Of a stretch of 64,000 nucleotides of DNA, positions 1-11,119 are shown piece by piece. The translations under genes were made by a program, and so were the position numbers. The notes under the pieces were generated by a model. It was given only the letters and a program-made list of their open reading frames with translations. It was not told where the DNA came from and made no database searches. Origin of the DNA: Eledone cirrhosa (Eukaryota); assembly GCA_964016885.1 (NCBI GenBank), contig CAXHJY010001257.1:163423-227422 (forward strand), given 5' to 3'. Numbering within the stretch: position 1 is the first letter of the stretch; every line of letters starts with the position of its first letter.

Positions 1-2
1 AA

Positions 3-1583
3 AACCCAGAAAGTCACATAAACGCAGACAAAAACAACAACGACAATAACAGCAATAGTCACAACACCAACCAAGGAAAAAATAACGATAACACCAAACA
101 AAGCGAACCCACTACTGGTACCTCCTTTGCACAGGCGGTCCGGAAAACACAAACCTGCAAGCAACTGGACATTACAACTCTGAGAGAAAAGATGAAGGAA
201 GCGAAACGGTATGTAACTTTCAAAGAAGGAGGAGACTTCACAATCACCTCCCCACAAGAAATCAAAAGAGACACGACGCTAAGAACGATATCTTTCAGAA
301 CAATTTCCAACATAACAAGGAAACCAACTCAATTATCCCAAAAAGAGATTGAGCTGGTCCTAAAAAATGTGTGGAGTGATATATCGTTCATACAAAAAGG
401 GCCACTCTATGGGAATATAACGGTCCTAATGAAGGATCAATTGACGGCCAGGAAATACTCTGTGGCACCAATTGTTTCCAAGCTACATACATTTTTCCCC
501 ACATATTTAGGGAAAAGAACGCAGAAGATAAGGGTCTCCGGAATCCGGCCAAATGCATGCATTTCCTGGGTACTAACAGGATTTTTAGAAGACGAGGACG
601 GAATCCTCTCAGTAGGAGAAGTCACCACAGACGTTTTCGGCGGTTTGAGCGTGGAGGTTCTGGTCCAAATGAGACCAGAACGAATCGCTAGAATACCACA
701 GAGGGTGTCCCTCGATGGAGAAACATTTATATATATTTCAGCCGAGGGTAGGAGGCCCATATGTTACTACTGTTCAAGCAGGGGTCATCTAAGGGCTGCT
801 TGTCCTCAATTGACAAAAAAAAAGGCTCTTTTGCCTACACCCCACACACCACCACCGCCACCACCACCACCACCACCACCTCCACCACCACCACAACAAC
901 AACAACAAAAACAACAGGGAAAAATAACACAAGACACGGCCCCACCCAAAACAACTCCCAAAACACACACAAATACAACAAAACCCCAAAATACACCACT
1001 ACCCGACAGCACGGACGAGGACCCAGCGGAAACGGCACCTAGTGACGAAGAGGGGGAACCCTTCCAACCTGTAAAAAGGAAAAAAAGAAAGCACCACTCG
1101 AACATAAACGAAACAAACACACAACCACCAACAAAAACAAAACAAACAGAACAAACAAAATCCGCCCCACCCCAAAACATAACACATACAACAAAACGTA
1201 AGCACACACAAGAACAACAAACAAACACAACACAAATAAAACAGTATACATACATTAACACAAATAACAAAGAACTAGTAAAAACAATACACAAAGACCC
1301 TTTGGTGGAAACTGAAGGGCAATTCTTTGCAAGCGCGGCCAACAAACCGCATTTAAAAATGATAAGACTCCCAATGGACACCTATGCAAAACTAAGAGAG
1401 AACTTTCCTGAGGACGTGGGGAAAACATGTACTCGACCCTATAACCGCGTCCTCTTGAAACGTTTCCCCACCCACACCTCACCAAACACCCCCACTCCAC
1501 CACAGAACAACACCCCACCAAACAACCCCTCCAATACGCCCATGGATATTGTGCAACCTGCTCCTCAGGAGCCGAACAGGTAG
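3..1583 (+). CDS. LINE ORF1 protein (gag-like, zinc knuckle), 5' partial
   Basis: The frame of ORF 192..1583 stays open back to base 3 and includes TSFAQAVR. CYYCSSRGHLRAAC is a CX2CX4HX4C knuckle; Pro/Gln/Thr-rich linker; basic KRKKRK. Confidence 0.85.
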   Translation, partial: NPESHINADKNNNDNNSNSHNTNQGKNNDNTKQSEPTTGTSFAQAVRKTQTCKQLDITTLREKMKEAKRYVTFKEGGDFTITSPQEIKRDTTLRTISFRTISNITRKPTQLSQKEIELVLKNVWSDISFIQKGPLYGNITVLMKDQLTARKYSVAPIVSKLHTFFPTYLGKRTQKIRVSGIRPNACISWVLTGFLEDEDGILSVGEVTTDVFGGLSVEVLVQMRPERIARIPQRVSLDGETFIYISAEGRRPICYYCSSRGHLRAACPQLTKKKALLPTPHTPPPPPPPPPPPPPPPQQQQQKQQGKITQDTAPPKTTPKTHTNTTKPQNTPLPDSTDEDPAETAPSDEEGEPFQPVKRKKRKHHSNINETNTQPPTKTKQTEQTKSAPPQNITHTTKRKHTQEQQTNTTQIKQYTYINTNNKELVKTIHKDPLVETEGQFFASAANKPHLKMIRLPMDTYAKLRENFPEDVGKTCTRPYNRVLLKRFPTHTSPNTPTPPQNNTPPNNPSNTPMDIVQPAPQEPNR

Positions 1584-1604
1584 GTCCTTCCTCTTTTAAC
1601 CAAC

Positions 1605-4600
1605 ATGGCTGATATAAGAGTTGGGTTTCTGAATGTACGTGGCCTGGGACTGTCTTGGAAACAAGGCAAACTTTTAAACGATCTCAGGTCGCATAGAATG
1701 GATGTAATGGCTATTTGCGAGTCCAGGATCAGCAGCGAGCACCAACTGGCGCCCCTCTTCGACGACTTTGAGATCTTCGCATCTCTCTGTCAACCGGGGG
1801 GTGGGGGTGGAGTTGTCGTTCTGCTGCGAAAACACCTGGGCCTCGCCATACAGAAGGTGCACCTGGACCCGGAGGGTCGACTGGTGGTTTTAGACGTCGG
1901 CAGTAGTGAAAGTGGAGCCCTTAGACTAATAGCTGTGTACGCCCCTTTTTGGGCAGCGCGGCCGGAATACTTCCAACGTCTGGAAACTTTTCTGGGAACG
2001 TCCCGCTCCTTGCTTTTAGTGGGGGACTGGAATGGTATCCTGGATGCACGTTGGGACTATGTAGGGGCATGTGCCAATAGAGGGGGGTGTAAAAGCCTCA
2101 AAAGGTTAATCGGCCGATTTGACCTGGCCGATAGATATCGACTAGATTTTCCGACTGTACCACTATGGACGTGGACCAATCGCAGTGGAACATCTAGGTC
2201 GTACCTAGATAGGGTCCTAGTTAGAGAGAACGATAGGGACACATTTAGCTGTCCAAAAATGTTCATGGTTGACTATTCGGATCACAAGTTAGTGACCTGC
2301 ATAGCCAACCTTGATAGAACCCATAGACAGGGACCCGGTTACTGGAAGCTGAACTTGTCCTTACCGAGAAGCAAAGCTTACAGTAAACGGATTAGCACGT
2401 TAGTCAAGCAGAGTTTGACAGGGGCAATTGTCAACAACAGGTGGTGGAGCTCTCTTAAGAGAGCAATTAGAATAGAATCGATAGGTTTTAGTCAGGAATT
2501 AGCAAGGGATAGGAACAAGACGGAAAGGGAATTAGTAGATAGAGTAGAAGAGGCGATTAGGAGTGGCAATGTAGCCGGCGTGCTGGCATCAAGAATGGCC
2601 TTAGACCAGTTCTTTGAGATGAAGCATGAAGGCTGCGTTGTCAGGAGTAAAATACGTGCTCTGGGTAATGAGGGAGCCAAAGCTGTAAGCTGGGCCCGAG
2701 TGACAGAGGCAAAAAGTGGGAACAAGTCCACGATTCGGTCTTTGAAGGACCAGGATGGGCGTGTGATCCTTGAACCTGGGCAGATGTGTGCGGTCTTTCA
2801 GCGGCACTTTGCACGACTGTTCGAGAGGGGCGGCGCGCCGGGTGAGACTATGGATTTCAATCCATACCTCGACGGTCTGCCGCGCCTCTCGGACGCGGAG
2901 GCGAAGTCCTGCGAAAGGACGATTTCAGCTGCTGAGATAGGGGCGGCGCTGAGCCAATGCGGCAAACGCAAATCCCCGGGTCTCGATGGTCTACCATACG
3001 AGCTATATGTAGCGATGCCGGACTTGTTCTCCGATATCCTCGAAGCGGTCTACTGCAACTGGCAGCAGAACGGGAGAATTCCCAGTTCTGTGACCAAGGG
3101 CGTAGTTACGCTGGTGAGGAAGGATGAGAACAAGGGGGATGACATAAGTAACTTCAGGCCCATAACTCTGCTAAATACAGAGTTAAAGATTTTGGCCAAG
3201 GTGTTAGCGAAGAGGTTGGCGCTTGTCGTTGGAAACCTGGTGGGAGAAGCGCAGACATGCGCAATCCCGTCCAGGTCCATTCACGACAATCTCCACCTTA
3301 TGCGATACATCATAGAGAGGGTAGGGAATGAACCCGGCTTTGGTGGGGCCCTGATCAACTTGGATCAATCTAAAGCTTTCGATAGGGTTGACCATCGTTA
3401 CCTGGATGCGGTGCTCGCGGCGGCAGGCTTCGGACCCGTTTTCAGGGGTTGGATTGCTGCGATGCACAGCAGCAACGTCTGCTCAAGGGTCAAGGTGAAC
3501 GGCCACCTCTCGGAGCCGTTCCAAATCATGCGATCCATCCGACAGGGATGCCCTCTCTCCTCCCTACTGTATGTGCTGGCTCTTGAGCCACTACTGCGGA
3601 AGTTGGAGCGGTTGCAGGGCATCCCTTTGGAACCGGGATTGCAGAAAGCGGCGTCGGCCTACGCCGATGACGTGACAGTAATGGTGTCGAAAACCTCGCA
3701 AATCGGTGAGATCGGCACCTTACTGGAGGAATATGAAAGGTTTACAGGAGCCAAGCTGAACCGGGACAAGTCCGTCGGTTTGCAACTCGGAACATGGAGA
3801 GGCAAACCGATGCCCTCCAACGACGTCGTCGGACGCTGGACGGAGGGCCCGGTGAAGCTGCTTGGGGTCTGGTTCGGACCAGACCTCCAGGTGGAGAAAA
3901 ACTGGAACGAGGTAACGGCCAGGGTGTTTGCACTCACCCAGAAGTGGGCCCAGTGCAAACTATCCCTGAAAGGTCGAGCGGAGGTGGCGAATACTTATAT
4001 AGCATCCGTCATCTACTACCGCTTGACCGTCGTGCCTTGCCCAGTGAAAAGACTCGCCAAAATGGAGTGCGCGCTGTTCCAATTTCTTTGGAACAAGCGG
4101 ACCCCTTTGGTGAGGAGATCCATCTGCTGTCAACACCCTTCGAAAGGAGGGCTGGGGATGCCGTGGCTACAGATGCGTAAACACGCATTAAGGCTACGGC
4201 ACCTCCAGGTATTCCTCACCGGTCAACCGGTGTGGGCCCCGTTTGTGAGGCGAGCCTTTCCCAGACTCGTCTCGCTCACCGAGCTGCAATCCTGGGTCAA
4301 GCAAAGACCGAGAAAAGTGGGCGACTGGCACATTGAATGTGCCCAGGCGCTCACGGCCCTCTGGAAAGCGGACCCGGCAATCAGTGGAGACTCCACCTCG
4401 ACATTCTATAGAGGGTTGGTACGCAGCAGGTGCGACGATGCTCTCGGAGAAGCTCTAGGCATGGAGGAAGATGAACTGGCCAGTCTGTTCGGTAGGACGT
4501 TTGGCCCTGGACCGATGGACAACTTCCAAAAGTCCCTGGCTTGGCAGTGCTACCGAGGGGCTCTACCCGTTCGAGACAAGCTCCACAGGCATGGGAGCCT

Positions 4601-5042
4601 GGGTAGAGATCCTTTGAATAAGATCTGTCCGAGATGCGTGCATGATGACGAAACCGTTGCGCACGCATTCGTACACTGCCCAGGCATTGCTGACCTGTGG
4701 GGCTATGTGGAACGACTACTGTCGAGGGTGGGACCAATCCGGTTGACCACCGAGTCCATTGTCACGATCAAACCGCCTCCCTTTTTCAAAAACGAAGGAG
4801 AGGCGGTTTTTCTCTGTGTGGTAGCCATGGCTAAAGAAGTTGTATGGTGGACGAGGCTGAAAGGGCTGAGGTCAGACACCTTTCTCTCCGGCCAACAACT
4901 GGTCCCCTTTTTCAAATACCATTTTAAAAGAAGGATCAGAATGGAGAGAGAGGTGCTCTACCCCAGCAAGTTTTATGAAAGGTGGGTGAAAGTAGGGAGA
5001 ATGGCCAGAGTGAATGGGTCTTCTCTCTATATCAGCCTGTAG
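1605..5042 (+). CDS. LINE ORF2 protein: AP endonuclease + reverse transcriptase + C-terminal CCHC zinc motif (1145 aa)
   Basis: APE motifs LNVRGL, AVYAP, VGDWN, SYLDR, SDHKLV; GPGYWKLN; RT motifs KSPGLDG, FRPITLLN, DQSKAFDRV, RQGCPLS, AYADD; CPRC...HAFVHC. No stops. Confidence 0.96.
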   Translation: MADIRVGFLNVRGLGLSWKQGKLLNDLRSHRMDVMAICESRISSEHQLAPLFDDFEIFASLCQPGGGGGVVVLLRKHLGLAIQKVHLDPEGRLVVLDVGSSESGALRLIAVYAPFWAARPEYFQRLETFLGTSRSLLLVGDWNGILDARWDYVGACANRGGCKSLKRLIGRFDLADRYRLDFPTVPLWTWTNRSGTSRSYLDRVLVRENDRDTFSCPKMFMVDYSDHKLVTCIANLDRTHRQGPGYWKLNLSLPRSKAYSKRISTLVKQSLTGAIVNNRWWSSLKRAIRIESIGFSQELARDRNKTERELVDRVEEAIRSGNVAGVLASRMALDQFFEMKHEGCVVRSKIRALGNEGAKAVSWARVTEAKSGNKSTIRSLKDQDGRVILEPGQMCAVFQRHFARLFERGGAPGETMDFNPYLDGLPRLSDAEAKSCERTISAAEIGAALSQCGKRKSPGLDGLPYELYVAMPDLFSDILEAVYCNWQQNGRIPSSVTKGVVTLVRKDENKGDDISNFRPITLLNTELKILAKVLAKRLALVVGNLVGEAQTCAIPSRSIHDNLHLMRYIIERVGNEPGFGGALINLDQSKAFDRVDHRYLDAVLAAAGFGPVFRGWIAAMHSSNVCSRVKVNGHLSEPFQIMRSIRQGCPLSSLLYVLALEPLLRKLERLQGIPLEPGLQKAASAYADDVTVMVSKTSQIGEIGTLLEEYERFTGAKLNRDKSVGLQLGTWRGKPMPSNDVVGRWTEGPVKLLGVWFGPDLQVEKNWNEVTARVFALTQKWAQCKLSLKGRAEVANTYIASVIYYRLTVVPCPVKRLAKMECALFQFLWNKRTPLVRRSICCQHPSKGGLGMPWLQMRKHALRLRHLQVFLTGQPVWAPFVRRAFPRLVSLTELQSWVKQRPRKVGDWHIECAQALTALWKADPAISGDSTSTFYRGLVRSRCDDALGEALGMEEDELASLFGRTFGPGPMDNFQKSLAWQCYRGALPVRDKLHRHGSLGRDPLNKICPRCVHDDETVAHAFVHCPGIADLWGYVERLLSRVGPIRLTTESIVTIKPPPFFKNEGEAVFLCVVAMAKEVVWWTRLKGLRSDTFLSGQQLVPFFKYHFKRRIRMEREVLYPSKFYERWVKVGRMARVNGSSLYISL

Positions 5043-5279
5043 GTGAAAGAAGAGGAAAAAGCGGAGACGAGGGAAGCACCTACTCTTTGTGCTCCTGAGG
5101 AGAAGGGTTACACATTTTTTCCGGGGTGTGTGCGACCCATGTTAATGCCCCCTCCCTATTGAGGACTTCGTTTGTTGTTGTTATTTCATTGTTATATTTT
5201 TGTACTCGTTAATTATATGTAAACTTCCCCCCTTGTATCTGTCCCTACCTTTTGTGCCCTAGTGGCAAATAAAGAAACC

Positions 5280-6220
5280 ACTCTATATATACTATTGTAT
5301 TTTCACAGTAAAGGCTTTACCTCACATAATATCTCACATAACATTTACATTACTCTATATATACTATTGTATTGTCACAGTAAAGGCTTTACCTCACATA
5401 ATACCTCACATAACATTTATATTACTCTATATATACTATTGTATTGTCACAGTAAAGGCTTTACCTCACATAATATCTCACATAACATTTACATTACTCT
5501 ATATATACTATTGTATTGTCACAGTAAAGGCTTTACCTTACATAATATCTCACATAACATTTACATTACTCTATATATACTATTGTATTTTCACAGTAAA
5601 GGCTTTACCTTACATAATATCTTACATAATATTTACATTACTCTATATAGACTATTGTATTTTCACAGTAAAGGCTTTACCTCACATAATATCTCTCATA
5701 ACATTTACATTACTCTATATAGACTATTGTATTTTCACAGTAAAGGCTTTACCTCACATAATATCTCACATAACATTTACATTACTCTATATATACTATT
5801 GTATTTTCACAGTAAAGACTTTACCTCACATAATTATCTCACATAACATTTACATTACTCTATATATACTATTGTATTCTCACAGTAAAGGCTTTCCCTC
5901 ACATAATACCTCACATAACATTTACATTACTCTATATATACTATTGTATTCTCACAGTAAAGGCTTTACCTCACATAATACCTCACATAACATTTACATT
6001 ACTCTATATATACTATTGTATTGTCACAGTAAAGGCTTTACCTCACATAATATCTCACATAACATTTACATTACTCTATATATACTATTGTATTGTCACA
6101 GTAAAGGCTTTACCTCACATAATACCTCACATAACATTTACATTACTCTATATATACTATTGTATTCTCACAGTAATGGCTTTACCTTACATAATATCTT
6201 ACATAATATTTACATTACTC
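5280..6220 (+). repeat. 72-bp satellite, about 13 copies, same family as 54.9-59.9 kb in opposite orientation
   Basis: Unit ACTCTATATATACTATTGTATTTTCACAGTAAAGGCTTTACCTCACATAATATCTCACATAACATTTACATT. Confidence 0.95.
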
Positions 6221-6574
6221 TTCGGCCCGTTTTTCTTCATTCCTGGCTGCACGCCGTCGCCGCTGTACTTCACTGTTTGATAAAGTCGAATTGCTCTTAC
6301 TTTCTGTGGAACGCTGCACGCACGCACACACACATAAACATACGCGCACGTACATACACGCGTACACATGGTAATAGTTACAGCGTTCACTTTGCCTCTC
6401 TGTTTCTTACTCTCCCCTCTCACTCCCTCATTGGCATTATACATATTAATTTAAGTTTGGCGTCGTTGAGGTGGGCAGAGTCGTTTGAAACCTATGAACC
6501 AATGATAATCGAGAATTATGACACACGGAATACTGACATTGTTGAAATTAATATATAGATATATATATGTATAT

Positions 6575-6790
6575 AAAAGGTAAACAGAAATAACAACACT
6601 CAGTACAGTATATGGAAGGTATATATTAAGTTAACGCTTGACATAGCAGGAAGAGGGTCTTAACGTTTCGGACGCTAGTCTTTCATCAGAAGAAAGAATG
6701 AGAAATAAAATAGATTGAAGGGACGGGTGGGGTGGAATTGGAAAAAATGTCTTTAGATAAAAATAACAGGTCCATTCATGTTGACATAAT
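6575..6790 (-). mobile_element. Probable Penelope-like element terminal fragment; inverted paralog of 46228-46452
   Basis: Reverse complement aligns to 46228-46452; contains a CTGATGA...GAAACGTT hammerhead core and ends in (TA)n. Confidence 0.6.
6658..6693 (-). ncRNA. Minimal type-I hammerhead ribozyme motif
   Basis: Minus strand TCTT-CTGATGA-AAGACTAGCGTCC-GAAAC-GTT-AAGA: stem I TCTT/AAGA, stem II GAC/GTC, palindromic ACGT stem III. Confidence 0.6.
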
Positions 6791-6910
6791 CATCATCGTT
6801 TAATGTCCATCTTGCACGCTAGCATGGGTTAAACGGTTTTGTTCCATTTGATGTGGGATTGGTCGGGAGACCGTGTCTATATATGTATATATATATATAT
6901 GTGTGTGTGT

Positions 6911-7472
6911 CATCATCATCATCATCATCATTTTACGTCCGCTTTTCCCTGCTTGCAAGGGTGGGACGGGTCTTATTCAGCACAGCATCTCTCCACTCGT
7001 CACGGTCCTTCGTCATCTCCACCGTGAGCTTCAATGATCTGAGGTCTGTTCTCACCACCTCTGCCCATGTTTTTCGTGGTCTACCTCTACCACGTCTTCC
7101 TTCAACTGGCATTTCCTGGTACTTCTTCACCCATAGGTCATCCTCCATGCGCATCACATGTCCATACCACCGCAGTCTCCTCTCCCGTACACTACATTCT
7201 ATCCCTCTCAGACACAGTTTCTCTCTCAACACATTTATGCTGGGTCGTTCACGCACATTGACATTGCACATCCAATGGAGCATGCTTGCCTTATTTCTCT
7301 CCAGCCGTCGCATATCCTCTGCAGTTGCTGCCCATGTCTCACTACCATGCAGCATCGCGCTCCTCACATAGGCATCATATAACCGGCCTTTCGTATGTAG
7401 GGAGAAACCCTTCTTTGTCAACAGAGGAAGCAGCTCCCTAAACTTCTTCCAACCCGTCCTTATTCTAGATAA
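6911..7472 (-). mobile_element. RTE-clade LINE 3' fragment with (GAT)n tail
   Basis: ORF 6933..7481: RIRTGWKKFREL...MLHGSETW...[11 protein letters not shown]...RGRPRKTW. Confidence 0.9.
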
Positions 7473-7489
7473 TATGGCCATTATATACC

Positions 7490-8020
7490 ATTATGTATCA
7501 GCTTACGCACCCCAATCAGGGTTGCCAGACGAACTTAAGGATAGGTTTTACGAGTCCCTAATGCACACTACTGCTCTAACAAACGACAATGACTTCCTAA
7601 TCATCGCAGGAGATTTTAACGGACACGTAGGTAAACACAGTGACTGCTTCTATAGAGTCCATGGAGGCCACGGTTTTGGCCCAAGAAATGAAGAAGGATT
7701 CAGAGTTCTAGAATTCTGCGACGCCAATGACATGTTGATATGTAACACAAACTTCTAGCTGCAAAAGGCTTCTCCCTCAAAATGAAAGGCAGACTGTATG
7801 ATGCGTGTATCCGAACAGCAATGTTACATGGTAGTGAGACCTGGGCGCTGAAGGTGGAAGACTTACGTAGATTAAAGAGAAACGAAGCCTGCATGCTCCG
7901 ATGGATGTGTAATAGTAATATACGCGAACGACAAAGCATAAATGAATTGAGAGAGAGACTGAGCATAAGAGGAATCAAATGCTGTGTGCAGGAGAGGCGG
8001 TTGCGTTGGTATGGACATGT
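7490..8020 (+). mobile_element. Internally deleted RTE LINE fragment (APE piece joined to post-RT piece)
   Basis: VSAYAPQSG...IIAGDFNGHVG...ICNTNF is followed directly by AAKGFSLKMKGRLYDAC...RRLRWYGHV. Confidence 0.85.
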
Positions 8021-8072
8021 AAGTAAAGTATTCTATATATTAGTGGAAGCCATTTCTATATTAAACATTTGT

Positions 8073-8101
<29 letters not shown>

Positions 8102-8104
<3 letters not shown>

Positions 8105-8217
8105 GGAAAAAGTATGACCCCGACGGCAGAGCTCAAGCCGTTTTGATGGCTATTTCAGTCCAGAAATAGCTGTCGGAATGGCTTGAGCTCTGCCGTCGGG
8201 GTCATACTTTTTCCTAT
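8102..8217. repeat. Near-perfect hairpin/palindrome, about 55-bp arms
   Basis: ATAGGAAAAAGTATGACCCCGACGGCAGAGCTCAAGCC... mirrored by ...GGCTTGAGCTCTGCCGTCGGGGTCATACTTTTTCCTAT; one arm recurs near 16495-16530. Confidence 0.9.
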
Positions 8218-8904
8218 TTCCCACTCTACTACCCTAAGTATTGAGTACTCCGGTGCGTTATGGTCCATCTGGTTCCTAACCACAATTCCTTTGTTATATA
8301 TATATACATATATATATACATATATATATATATATAAAAATGAGCGGAACAAGTAAACATTAAACAATCTTTTAAATGAATTAAAATGCTATTTAAATAT
8401 TCACCTGTTCTAATGCTGTTACCCACGGTTTCACTAATCAAAAGATTGGAAATTCAGAGAATTTCCAATGAAAAGAAATAGCTCTCCATGAACCAAAGTA
8501 TCGTCTTCCTGTCTTCCTCCGGTTGCAACGTTTTTTTAAATATTCACTTCTGCGTTCACAGATTGACTTTGTTAGTTTCAGAAGATCCCGTTAAGGGTGA
8601 AAGCAGCGATTCTTTGCTTAAACTTTAATCTTTTATTTTAATAAATATTTGCTCTACGGTTCTTATATATTTGATATATATTTATCCTTATCGAGCCCTC
8701 TTTGGATTCTAGTCTTCACGTTTATTATTATTACTATAGCCTTACGGGGTCGATAAAATAAAGTACCAGTAATGTACTGGGTATTTGCTGGCCTTGTGCC
8801 TAAAGTAGAAACAATTATTATTACTATATATATAACAGCTGAGAGAGATATTTAAGGTGATAGGTAGATATAGGCTGTGAAGCTGTGTTAAAGGTGTGTA
8901 TATT

Positions 8905-9950
8905 AGTATGGTGGTGGTGTGGTGGTGGTGGTGTGGTGCCGACAGTGTGGTGTGGTGGTGCTGACAGTGTTGTTGTTGTGGTACACTGGATATTTCTGTT
9001 TTAAGAACTGGGACACAGGTAAATAGGGTGTTGTGTGTGTGGGGTGTGTTGTGGAGAGGGATGTGTGTGTGTTTGAGGAAAGGTTGTGTGTGTGGGGTGT
9101 GTTGTGTGTAAAGGGACTGTGTGGAGGGGATGTGTGTGTAGAAGGGGTTGTGTGTGTGGAGGGGGCGTGTGTGGAGGGGGTTGTGTGTGTAAAGGGACTG
9201 GGGGATGTGTGTGTGTGGAGGGGGTTGTGTGTGTGTAAAGGGACTGTGGGGGGATGTGTGTGTGTGGAGGGGGTTGTGTGTGTAGGGTGTGCTGTGTGTT
9301 TGAGGAAGGGTTGTGTGTGTGGAGGGGGCTGTGTGTAAAGCGACTGTGGGGTTATGTGTGTGTGGAGGGGGTTGTGTGTGTAAAGGGACTGTGGGGGGGG
9401 GGGGGTTGTGTGTGTGTGGGGGGTGTGTTGTGTGTGGGGTGTGTTGTGTGTGGGGGTGTTGTGTGTGTGGAGGGGGTTGTGTGTAAAGGGACTGTGGGGA
9501 GGGTGTTTGAGGAAAAGTTGTGTGTGGAAGGGGCTGTGTGTAAAGGGACTGTGGGGGGATGTGTGTGTGGAGGGGGTTGTGTGTGTAAAGGGACAGTGTG
9601 GGGGGATGTGTGTGTGTGGAGGGGGTTGTGTGTGTGTGGAGGGGTTGTGTGTGTGTGTGAGGTGTGCTGTGTTTGAGGAAAGGTGTGTGTGTGGAGGGGG
9701 TTGTGCGTGTGGGTCGTGTTGTGTGTGTAAAGGGACTGGGGTGGAGGGTGTGTGTGTGTGAGGTGTTGTGTGTGTAAAGGGACTGTGGGGGGATGTGTGT
9801 GTGGAGGGGTTGTGTGTGTAAAGGGACTGAGGGGGGGGGGGGGGGGCTGTGGGGGTGTGTGTGTGGGGTGAGTTGTATGTGTAAAGGGACTGTGTGTGTG
9901 TGTGTGGAGGTTTTCTGTATGTATGGAGGAGGAGGTATTTGGGGTGGGGA
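8905..9950. repeat. GT/G-rich low-complexity repeat
   Basis: Recurring GTGTGTAAAGGGACTGTGGGGG and GTGGAGGGGGTTGTG motifs. Confidence 0.9.
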
Positions 9951-10744
9951 ATGTCTACAGTCCTAAATATAGGGTGTGGTGTGACATGAAGATGTGAGCT
10001 GTACTTTATGTAAATCTCTCTCTCTATGTGTATATATATAATATGTAGGTTCCCAAGTAGTGTTGGTGGGATAACCTCATTTGAAAGAAGTACTCAATAC
10101 ATTGGTAGAGTATAGGTATCTGTATCATATATAAATGGCTTCTACAGGACTAGAACTGTTTCATTCATATGCAATCATCATATATAAATACAATATCGGA
10201 GAAAGCTTTTTAGCGATACTCCGGCCAAATTCCAACTCACTCAACAAACATTAGGAAATAAGTGATTATATTCCCAATTATGCGTTCGGGGGTGCTAACT
10301 AAAAGTATTGCGTGGAAAATTGGCTGTATTATTTCAAATGAGACATATCTAATATATCTCTTCCCAGACGGACGTCTCGTTTCATTATAGGACTCCTAGA
10401 ATTTGGGTGAAATTATACCAATTTATGTAGGAGCTTGTATACCATCAATAGATATATATTCAAGTGGGCTCCTATAATTCATCAGTGGGTGCCCCAATAA
10501 TACTAATATTGATAATCTAACCAACATCAGTATATATATATATATATATGCATATATACCCGAAATAAATTTAGTTAAATTAAATTAAAGAAGTCATGTC
10601 CAAGACATGCGCCATATCCACCGTAGAATAAGCTCAAAGATTCCAATGAATAGATCCAAGCATTTTATACCAACTAGAAATTGGGAAAAAGTGGACGTAA
10701 AATGAAATGATGAAAATGAAATGATATATAGATATATATATAGA

Positions 10745-11095
10745 TGGAGGCACATGGCTTAGTGGTTAGAGCATTGGCCTTGCAATCGAAAGGTTGTGAG
10801 TTCAATTCTCAGACTGGGTGATGTGTTGTTTCCTTGAGCAAGACACTTTATTTCACATTGCTCCAGTTTACTCAGCTGTAGAAATGAGATGATAGGGACT
10901 GGGGTCCTTATCATTCCATTGTAAAGTGGACGTGTAGGTGCCACGGCAAAAAAGCACCCAGCACTCACTGTAAATGAGGTTGGTGTTAGGAAGGGCATCC
11001 AGCTGTAGAAATCAAGCCAGAATCAGTTCCTGTCCCACCCTTGCAAGCAGGGAAAAAGCGGACGTAAAATGAAATGATGATGATGATGATGATGA
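10745..11095 (+). mobile_element. tRNA-derived CORE-type SINE with RTE-like 3' tail (family A)
   Basis: A box TGGCTTAGTGG, B box GAGTTCAATTC, CORE-like CCTTGAGCAAGACACTT...CAGTTTACTCAGCTGTAGAAATG; tail GTTAGGAAGGGCATCCAGCTGTAGAAA...(GAT)n shared with RTE 3' UTRs in this window. Confidence 0.85.
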
Positions 11096-11119
11096 TATTT
11101 AAAATAAACACATGAAACA

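Larger units (their letters stand above)
1..5279 (+). mobile_element. L1-clade (Tx1-like) non-LTR retrotransposon, two open ORFs, 5' end outside the window
   Basis: ORF1 with CCHC knuckle, 21-bp spacer, ORF2 with APE+RT+C-terminal zinc motif. The 3' UTR ends AATAAAGAAACC with no poly(A) and abuts the 72-bp satellite. Confidence 0.93.

Noticed and set aside
6225-6450. Possible minus-strand promoter or exon (CCAAT, GTAAGA donor-like site)
   Set aside because: Motifs are too short to support without transcript data.
8575-8625. CAGAAGA-T-CCC-GTTAA-GGG-T-GAAA hammerhead-like motif
   Set aside because: The core has A in place of the conserved U, and there is no credible stem I or III.
10745-10820. 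tRNA-like sequence with A and B boxes
   Set aside because: SINE head; it continues into the CORE-like body and tail in several copies.
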